Shown: in pieces, positions 59,401 through 64,000 of the stretch
Layout: each line of letters starts with the position of its first letter
How positions within the stretch are numbered: the first letter of the stretch is position 1
Source of the DNA: Octopus bimaculoides
Lineage: Eukaryota
Reading direction: 5' to 3'
NCBI RefSeq assembly: GCF_001194135.2
Contig: NC_068984.1
Span: 1,476,377-1,540,376, forward strand
Length of the DNA: 64,000 nucleotides
Translations under genes and position numbers: made by a program
The notes under the pieces: model-generated
What the model was told of the DNA's origin: nothing
Database searches by the model: none
Seen by the model: the letters and a program-made list of their open reading frames with translations, nothing else

Positions 59401-62147
59401 AACACAAATTTTCAAATTAGCTGAGTCCGTTGCTCTGCTCATAGCGACATACAAGTGGCCGTGTGTAAACATGAGAGTAGGCAGAAACACACCAACATGG
59501 TCTAAGGTCTGGCTCTGAGACTTATTAGCTGTGAATGAGAAGGCTAGTTTGACGGGAAACTGCCTGCCTTGTAATTGGAAGGGAAACTGGTTGTTGGAGG
59601 GTTCCAGTGGTATCCGAGGTATGAACAGGCGCTTACCACTGTGAGGGGCCAATCGCTATCACTGCTTTGATGACGTGAGAACTGAGTTGCGTGAGGGTGT
59701 CTCTTGTTCTGTTGCAATGTCCATTGGCAGGGTCAAAATTTCGTAGGAGCATTATAGGACAGTCCTTTTGCAGTGAGACCCTATGCATAGGTAGTCCCGA
59801 TGGATTCAAGTTGTTAAGGAAATCCTGTGGATACAGGTGATAATTTCCATCGATTAGTGTCCAAACTTAGATATTGTTGACTTTCTCCTGGGAAGTTGTT
59901 AATCATGGGGTCATTAACATTATTGTCTTTATTTATTTAGTTTTTTGTCCTGGGTGCTCTACCAAATTGACATTGTTGTAGAGGAACTGTGTTGATGGGA
60001 TTAAAAGAAACACACACTGTCTTTTTCTTTCTCTTTCTGTCTGTCTGTGTTTTTTTCTCTCTCTCTTTCTCTGTCTCTCTCTCTTTCTCTCTCTCTCTCT
60101 CTGTCACACACTTTCTGTTTCGCACACCCCATCAATGTGTTGATGGGGGTAAAAGAAAACACACACACACACTGTGTCTTTCTCTCTGTTTCTGTGTCTG
60201 TGTTTTTCTCTATCTCTGTCTCTGTCTGTCTGTGTGTCTCTATGTGTGTCGCACACCCCATCAACACCCAGAACTGTTGTAGAGATAATAATGAATGAAG
60301 AACTGAAAGTACTGTTTGAACTTTCATAAATGCCATTTTGGTTTTTGCATCTGTTTTGTTACTGTGGCCGATTTCCGTATAATTCATTTTTATTTATGTA
60401 TACGGAAATGGCTTCCTTAGTTTCTTATGAATCAAATGTAGCAAATCTTTCCAATAAAATTTTTTAAACATGATATAAACCATTCTCGAGACGTTCTTGG
60501 TAAGACTGCCAAGACTGCCAAGACTGCCAGTCGTTTGGCTGTGAAAAGGTCACGGACAGATGGATGGACATAAGGCCAATTATAGTAGGATAAAAGAATT
60601 AAAATTGGTATTTAAGACAAATAGCCACACTTATATGGTTGCAATAAAATAAAAGAAAAGAAAAGAAAAAACAAAGACAGAAAGATTCCAGTTTTCTGGC
60701 CTGGAACTGAGAAGACATTTGAGTGAGAAACCAGACATGGTGATTTCGTGTGATGAGTGTTGCATTTATGTTTGGCAGATGTGGGGTTGGCTGATATTCT
60801 ATGAGTTGGGAATTTAAAAAAATGATGTCGAAGAGAAAACCAATAGAGTTTGTAACCTGTGGAAGTGTCATTGGAACTGATAGAAGATGGTCAACTAAAT
60901 TTTGTATGATTCTTTATATTTTGATTTTTAATCCGAATGATTCTTGTTGATTTGTAAACAAAGTTCATCAAATTGATCCATAACTGAAGTAGGTTAATCA
61001 ATGAAATTTATTGGGGTATAAATAGAGGAATAGAGATTGTTGGAATAGCTGTTGGATGGAGATCATGGCTCAGTTGTAGGTTACAGGTTGTAAATTGATA
61101 AAGGTACAGTTTTTTCTTGAAGACAGTCCAGACTTGAATAGCTGATGATAAAGAATCTGATTCCACCATATCTCAGTTCTCAAATAAATTCTGATTGCTT
61201 CAAATGCTGGATCTATTAACCACAAATTCCTTGTCTTTGAAACAGAGAAATGTACTAAACCCAGGTTGGGAATTAAATAAATTACATTCACAAAATATAC
61301 AGGTGTAGCTGTGTGGTGACAAGCTTGCTTCTCAACCATGTGGTTTGGGGTTCAGTCTCATTGCATAGCACTTTGGGCAAGTTTCTTCTACTGTAGTCTT
61401 AGGCCAATCAAAACCTTGTGAATAGATTTAGTAGATGGAAGCTGAAAGAATTCCATCGTAGATATAAATTAATGTGTGTGTGTGTGTGTGTTTGTCTCAT
61501 TGCAAATTAACCAATTTGCTTCTTATATGAATATGGTGAAAGAGATTGAAGAGAAGGAAAGACTCCCTTGTACCATTTCTTTCAACTCTCTATGCTTTGA
61601 GTTCAAAACCTGTTGAGACCAACTTTACTTTTTATTCCTTTAGGGCCAATAGAAAAGGTACCAGTCTGGGTTGGTGGATTTGTTGAATTGTTAGAGTGAT
61701 GGACAAGGATACTGTCGTGGTATTTATTCCAGGTTTGTACATTCGGAGTTCAAATTGCACCTTGTTACTGAAAATCATAGATACTCCTGTCAGGAGTTGG
61801 GACCAACATACAGTAGCAAAATTTGAAACCTCAATGGAAACAGTTATTTTGGTTTGAGTGGAAGAACGCTGTTGCCTCCATCACTACCACTTAACAGATC
61901 TTTTAGTAACACCTGAAGGACAATGGATGTTAAGACACCCTTTATTCTAATAACCAGTCAATTAGAATCAGGTAATGATTCAAATGAACAAATATCAGGT
62001 AATTTAAAACTTTATTTGGTAGTGGCACAAAAACTAAAAAACTGTCCCATATTCACCTCAATAAAATCCTTTTCTTCTCCTTTCTGGTTGGTCACTCGTC
62101 TAATGATGCAGCGTAACTTCCCTGAGGGGGATTCTTTATTCCATAAC
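27281..62147 (-). CDS. APEH: Acylamino-acid-releasing enzyme (acylpeptide hydrolase, peptidase S9C), spliced, 21 exons, 5'-incomplete
   Basis: 21 GT-AG exons total 1924 nt and chain without a frame break. Motifs: ESPSG, EDWGE, HGGPHS, VNYRGS, nucleophile GGSHGG, RNPV, DIPDW, D-L-R-V-P (catalytic Asp), S-H-P-L (catalytic His), then TGA. Confidence 0.95.
27733..27924. mobile_element. Deletion derivative of the long-TIR MITE at 42844-43136
   Basis: Same core and right TIR; the left TIR collapses to ttgtttgccaacata. Confidence 0.8.
28289..28395 (-). CDS. APEH: APEH exon with catalytic Asp (VITPTMFMVGTADLRVPPKCALEYYKALKARKIPV), 107 nt
   Basis: tttttgcag|GTT...GTCAG|gttggt. Confidence 0.94.
28593..28658. 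repeat. 66-bp spacerless palindrome inside a SINE remnant
   Basis: 33-bp arms centred on GAG|CTC, one mismatch. Confidence 0.93.
29415..29635 (+). mobile_element. RTE-family 3' end with (GAT)n tail
   Basis: Family consensus as at 9610-10300. Confidence 0.85.
29662..29764 (-). CDS. APEH: APEH exon (AFVECGLDF...MSPTRYVDQ), 103 nt
   Basis: tttttgcag|G...CAG|gtcaga. Confidence 0.92.
29842..30120. repeat. Degenerate minisatellite of about 21 bp (GGGATTAACAGAGATGGGTAT-like), about 13 units
   Basis: Recurring GATTAACAG core. Confidence 0.85.
31501..31531 (-). CDS. APEH: APEH microexon (IFGSSDIPDW), 31 nt
   Basis: gggttacag|CT...GACTG|gtaagt. Confidence 0.9.
33063..33111 (-). CDS. APEH: APEH exon (DFYKAAVCRNPVTSLL), 49 nt
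   Basis: tgtttccag|GAT...CTTA|gtaagt. Confidence 0.92.
33950..34185 (+). mobile_element. RTE-family 3' end
   Basis: aaaagcaccc...ggcattaggaagggcatccagc...gcatggaaagcgaacattaaacaatgacgatgat. Confidence 0.75.
34518..34628 (-). CDS. APEH: APEH exon with catalytic Ser (FAAESLL...GGSHGGFITLHLIGQYP), 111 nt
   Basis: gtttcag|TTT...CCA|gtaagt. Confidence 0.95.
34790..35495 (-). mobile_element. Three head-to-tail tRNA-derived SINEs separated by (ATT)n
   Basis: Each reads ggcg-gctggcagaa...gaaatgcttagcggtatttc...ctgagttcaaattc...actttgcctttcatcc, then an ATT-rich tail. Confidence 0.85.
35857..35945 (-). CDS. APEH: APEH exon (NYRGSIGCGQNSIKSLLGKIGHQDVQDVQ), 89 nt
   Basis: ttttatttcag|TA...CAA|gtaagt. 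Confidence 0.94.
36400..36760 (+). mobile_element. Degenerate RTEX-like LINE remnant
   Basis: VE-VLFHGVET*TMKTELQGYFDGSLTRLLMRAQ. Confidence 0.55.
36758..36822. repeat. 20-bp tandem repeat (TGGGGCAGAGCTCAGTTCTG) x3
   Basis: Directly visible. Confidence 0.9.
37306..37421. mobile_element. Tc1/mariner-type MITE, 116 bp, TA-flanked
   Basis: TA|CAGGGTGTCCCAAAATGAAGGCAACCAA ... TTGGTTGCCTTAATTTTAGGAAACCTTG|TA; 24/28 TIR match. Confidence 0.85.
37858..37938 (-). CDS. APEH: APEH exon (GPHSAFMGDFQLYPAAMCSCGFAVLL), 81 nt
   Basis: catccttag|GA...TTAG|gtgagt. Confidence 0.94.
   Translation of the reverse strand, partial: EALIRLSWETFSCIQLQCVPVALLFY
38050..38300 (-). mobile_element. tRNA-derived SINE preceded by a duplicated, truncated head
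   Basis: Same family as 35020-35470; extra head at about 38247-38297. Confidence 0.8.
38401..38481 (-). CDS. APEH: APEH exon (DLEFESIFLRP...PLVVWSHG), 81 nt
   Basis: tatttgcag|CT...CATG|gtaact. Confidence 0.93.
39656..40085 (+). mobile_element. tRNA-derived SINE of a second family, with an internal (CA)n/(TA)n tract
   Basis: ggcgcggctgtgtagtatgaagcttgcttcc...ccgggttcagtccc (A/B-box-like)...ggatttggtagacagaaact...ggcggtgctccagcatggccgcagtc. Confidence 0.8.
40183..40830 (+). mobile_element. RTE LINE 3' fragment (end of ORF plus repeat-containing UTR)
   Basis: ERRLRWHGHV...GRGRPRKTWDEVVKHD...DLWR. Confidence 0.85.
41578..41722 (-). CDS. APEH: APEH exon (VIGYLPPEGEEDTIEWVKL...INEEF), 145 nt
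   Basis: ctctacag|GTG...TTCC|gtaaga. Confidence 0.92.
42071..42162 (-). CDS. APEH: APEH exon (ESGVSALQILDVHHDHIVAQFSAPNQPQYL), 92 nt
   Basis: gtcttccag|CT...TTG|gtgagt. Confidence 0.92.
42844..43136. mobile_element. MITE of about 290 bp with about 90-bp TIRs
   Basis: ggagtaaagattgtttgccaacata...ggagacaatgtctcca is inverted as tggaggcgatgtctcc...tatgttggcaaacaatgtttactcc. Confidence 0.85.
43441..43930 (-). mobile_element. Young RTE subfamily 3' end (copy A)
   Basis: WAEVVRQDLRTLGLTEAMTTDRDLWKWAVREKTRQAK*, then UTR and (GAT)n. Confidence 0.88.
44161..44212 (-). CDS. APEH: APEH exon (VPVVVNTETQKVTRIKS), 52 nt
   Basis: cttttgctag|GTT...TCAC|gtaagt. Confidence 0.87.
44744..45058 (-). mobile_element. 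Young RTE subfamily 3' end (copy B)
   Basis: Near-identical to copy A over the terminal 190 nt. Confidence 0.88.
45211..45311 (-). CDS. APEH: APEH exon (DEFAGVFVHSLPDRCWSSDSKRVLFSTVSRSHL), 101 nt
   Basis: ccttttaaag|AT...TTG|gtaaat. Confidence 0.92.
46142..46199 (-). CDS. APEH: APEH exon (IDWVNKETKVVLDVVDQAK), 58 nt
   Basis: ttttatttcag|ATT...AAAG|gtaggc. Confidence 0.9.
46546..46664 (-). CDS. APEH: APEH exon (FGDEDKAVRSPSFSPDGKKIVY...PHYQCSRLLM), 119 nt
   Basis: ctttctag|GT...ATG|gtaagt. Confidence 0.93.
46860..47627 (+). mobile_element. RTE LINE 3' fragment with UTR and (GAT)n tail
   Basis: MLDIRSIRCGVQERQL...GRGRPRKTWDEVVKHD, then the family 3' end. Confidence 0.85.
47651..47917 (-). 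mobile_element. Young RTE subfamily 3' end (copy C)
   Basis: Near-identical to copies A and B. Confidence 0.88.
48845..48888 (-). CDS. APEH: APEH exon (SQLYFAQTSGEDIK), 44 nt
   Basis: ttttattctcag|G...AAAT|gtaagt; bridges phase 2 to phase 1 exactly. Confidence 0.85.
49005..49230 (+). mobile_element. tRNA-derived SINE with (ATT)n tail
   Basis: ggtaagctggcagaatcgttagcac...ctgagttcaaattcc...agaaaagattattattatt. Confidence 0.8.
50100..50500 (+). mobile_element. Degenerate RTE (BovB-like) LINE 3' remnant
   Basis: KWQDIK...IQSMLQRIQCKWVGHV...IPKIFLYGQ...RYKDKLKQSLK. Confidence 0.65.
53300..54060 (-). mobile_element. Highly degenerate L2/Rex-Babar-like LINE remnant
   Basis: Patchy motifs LYFL...LQVFSTFYQSCLE and SHPLL on the - strand. 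Confidence 0.35.
54476..54567 (-). CDS. APEH: APEH exon (VRWAPDETGLVMVGWSHEPWRLGLTYCPIR), 92 nt
   Basis: ttttgtag|GTA...AGAAA|gtgagt. Confidence 0.93.
55731..55874 (-). CDS. APEH: APEH exon (GDQHVLHEDWGEMLV...DVSLGQ), 144 nt
   Basis: tttcag|GGT...CAG|gtaaga. Confidence 0.93.
56225..56430 (+). mobile_element. tRNA-derived SINE of a third family (V-SINE-like core)
   Basis: ggcacatggctaagtggttagag head; tgtgttcttgagcaaaacactt core; cgatgggctggaccccatcc. Confidence 0.6.
57367..57518 (-). CDS. APEH: APEH exon (QFGSLEWSATEKRLVYIAEKK...ETKAR), 152 nt
   Basis: ccttacag|GC...AGG|gtgagt. Confidence 0.93.
58480..58880 (+). mobile_element. RTE-family 3' UTR with four internal tandem units
   Basis: Repeated gatgccag...ggcac-taaaaagcacc units followed by cccactacactctcggagtggttgg. 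Confidence 0.8.
59037..59115 (-). CDS. APEH: APEH exon (IWEKTRKIWNIDALSKEIHGKIYEPD), 79 nt
   Basis: tttaacag|ATC...GATG|gtgagt. Confidence 0.9.
59202..59930 (-). mobile_element. Helitron 3' remnant (PIF1-like helicase C-terminus plus CTAG end)
   Basis: YPQDFLNNLNPSGLP...PIMLLRNFDPANGHCN...GKRLFIPRIPL...FPVKLAFSFTANKSQSQTL...FTHGHLYVAMSR...TQNIVYKEVF*; ends ...ctgCTAG|T at 59202. Confidence 0.88.
59989..60267. repeat. Tandem dimer of a small element bounded by GTGTTGATGGG / CCCATCAA(CAC) inverted repeats
   Basis: Units 59989-60135 and 60137-60267, each with a (CA)n and (CT)n interior. Confidence 0.75.
61298..61490 (+). mobile_element. tRNA-derived SINE (same family as 39656)
   Basis: ggtgtagctgtgtggtgacaagcttgcttc...ggggttcagtctc...gatttagtagatggaagctg. 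Confidence 0.75.
62057..62147 (-). CDS. APEH: APEH exon (LWNKESPSGKLRCIIRRVTNQKGEEKDFIE), 91 nt
   Basis: tttatag|G...GAG|gtgaat. Confidence 0.9.
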
Positions 62148-62444
62148 CTATAAACAATCAAGAAAGTTTGGCAAATGTAACGATGGCAGGTCAGGATGAC
62201 GATGATGATGATGATGATGAGTATACTTTTTAACGAGACAAAAATCCAATTAATGTTGGTGGAAGGTCTCACACACACACACACTAATGTTCGTTTTTAT
62301 GTCAAGTTACAAATAAAACAATTAAACATTAAACTGAAGGATGGATCCTCTTGCGAAGAGTTCATGTTTGTTAAACTTTTACAAGAAAAACACTGATGGT
62401 GACTTCAAAGTTTTAGCTTGCTTGCTTTCATTAAATGAACAAAC

Positions 62445-62650
62445 CAGGCCCCTGTGCTGGTGGCACATAAAAAAGCACCCATTACACTCTCGGAGTGGTT
62501 GGCGTTAGGAAGGGCATCCAACTGTAGAAACATTGCTAGATCAGATTGGAGCCTGGTGCAGCCGCTGACTCTCCAGTCTCCAGTCAAACCATCCAACCCA
62601 TGCCAGCATGGAAAGTGGATGTTAAATTATGTTGATGATGATGATGATGA
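62445..62650 (+). mobile_element. RTE-family 3' end
   Basis: Family consensus ending gcatggaaagtggatgttaaa...gatgatgatg. Confidence 0.8.
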
Positions 62651-63546
62651 TATATGTTTACGTATTTGTTTTTGCAGGATTCCTGATGTGAAATTGTGTG
62701 TTGAAACAGATCCTGTTATATTTCGGGAGGGTCATTTTTTCTTGCCAAATAAACACACACACTGTATTTCATTCTTCACTTTAGTATTGTTCTTATTTTA
62801 TGTCCATTGTCCGGAAATCTTTCGTCACACACCTGTGATCTGTTCAGTAACCCTCCATCCCATGTGTCTTCTCCTGTTCTGTTTAGTCCATTTTATTTTT
62901 TATGGTGTGTAACCTTATCTGTGCATGTGTGTGCATGCATGCATGTCTGTATTTTGTGTGTGTGTATGGGTTTGCTTACTATACTGCTATATCCCTATAT
63001 AGTTTTTTCTCCAGTTATTTACTCATTTATCTCTCTTATTTTTCCCCATTTCATCTTAAGTATGTGTATGTGTGTCTTTTGTGTGTAAATGGGTTTATGT
63101 ATTATACTTTTTGTATCTGTATCTTTTTTCTTCCATTTTGTCTTTAGTTGTCATGCAGCATAGTGTGGTGGTGGTGGGTGTTATTGTCCCATTCATGTTT
63201 TCTGGTGAGGCACGCCCTGTCTATTACTCTGTGTGTGACCTCTGTAATCTAAATGTCATGCCTGATTTACGCATTGATATTACCTTAACATCTATGTTAT
63301 TAACTGAGCCTCTATGTTCTAATTGAGAATGCTGGTAGAGCACTGATGAGCTTTTCCCCTCTTTGAGCTCCCACCAGTATTCAACTATCTGTTCCCCTAT
63401 CCTACGTGCTGCTCCCCAATATAAGTTGTCTTGTTTCTTGGCACAATTTAAACACAGAACGTAAAGACAGATGAAATGCGCCACTAAGCATTTTGCTCAG
63501 TGGGCTTGAGATTCTGCCAGCTAACTGCCTTAATAATAATAAAAAT

Positions 63547-63581
<35 letters not shown>

Positions 63582-63582
<1 letters not shown>

Positions 63583-64000
63583 CTCAAATCTCAAAAATCT
63601 CAACGGTTCTATGTGGTGAAAAGATTAGAAAAAGACAACACTCGCACAAAAAGCCTTCTTGGCAAGAACGCATTCAACACCAAATTAAGCTGCTTAGATC
63701 TGACATAGAATGTTTGAAAAACCTTAAATTTGACAAGAGTATCAAACCTACAAAGACCCAAAAACTAAAGAAAAAATATAATATGAAAACCATAGGTGAC
63801 ATTGATGCCACCATAGAAACCATCAAGCAAAAGGTATGTGCTAAAGCTGCCCGCATAGCAAGGTATGAAAAGCGTGTTAGATTCTTCCGAGATAATAACA
63901 TGTTCAAAAATAACCCCAAAAATTTCTACAGGAAGATAGGGAAAACACCAGTAACAATAAAGTCTGTCCCATCAAAAGAAGAAGTGCAAGAATTTTGGAA
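63582..64000 (+). mobile_element. 5'-truncated R4/Dong-clade non-LTR retrotransposon; open frame runs off the window
   Basis: Uninterrupted frame KPSWQERIQHQIKLLRSDI...IKQKVCAKAARIARYEKR...NNMFKNNPKNFYRKI...PSKEEVQEFW, the pre-RT region typical of R4/Dong; starts directly after (AAT)n. Confidence 0.8.

Noticed and set aside
62678-62731. Strong + strand acceptor (tttttgcag) followed by IPDVKLCVETDPVIFRE
   Set aside because: No convincing donor, no partner exon and no homology; it lies antisense in an APEH intron.
62148-63580. Search for the next upstream APEH exon
   Set aside because: No phase-2-ending frame with APEH similarity was found; the 5' exons are presumed beyond 64000.

Overview
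Animal (eukaryotic) genomic DNA: AT-rich, intron-dominated, dense in microsatellites, with seven N gaps. The repeat families resemble those of octopus/cephalopod assemblies (inference, not proven). Two convergent spliced genes were reconstructed by hand; the ORF track misses most of their exons. (1) On the + strand, a CDKL2/3-type kinase: 7 frame-consistent exons at 5487-16152 plus a possible last exon at 17472-17494. The N-lobe exon is not in the window, and the activation loop reads T-G-Y instead of the usual T-D-Y. (2) On the - strand, acylamino-acid-releasing enzyme APEH (peptidase S9C): 21 frame-consistent exons at 62147-27281 (1924 nt, about 640 aa, 5' exons beyond the window) with an intact Ser/Asp/His triad. 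The rest is transposon debris: CRE-like, RTE, RTEX, Penelope and R4/Dong retroelements, tRNA-derived SINEs, mariner, DD37D Tc1-like, Helitron and several MITEs. I found no prokaryote-type system and no CRISPR. The best leads are the TGY kinase loop, an APEH exon junction that rebuilds a perfect 5' splice site, two foldback palindromes, a Dong element at a (TAA)n tract, two extra APEH introns around a 31-nt microexon, and an orphan exon-like frame in an APEH intron.
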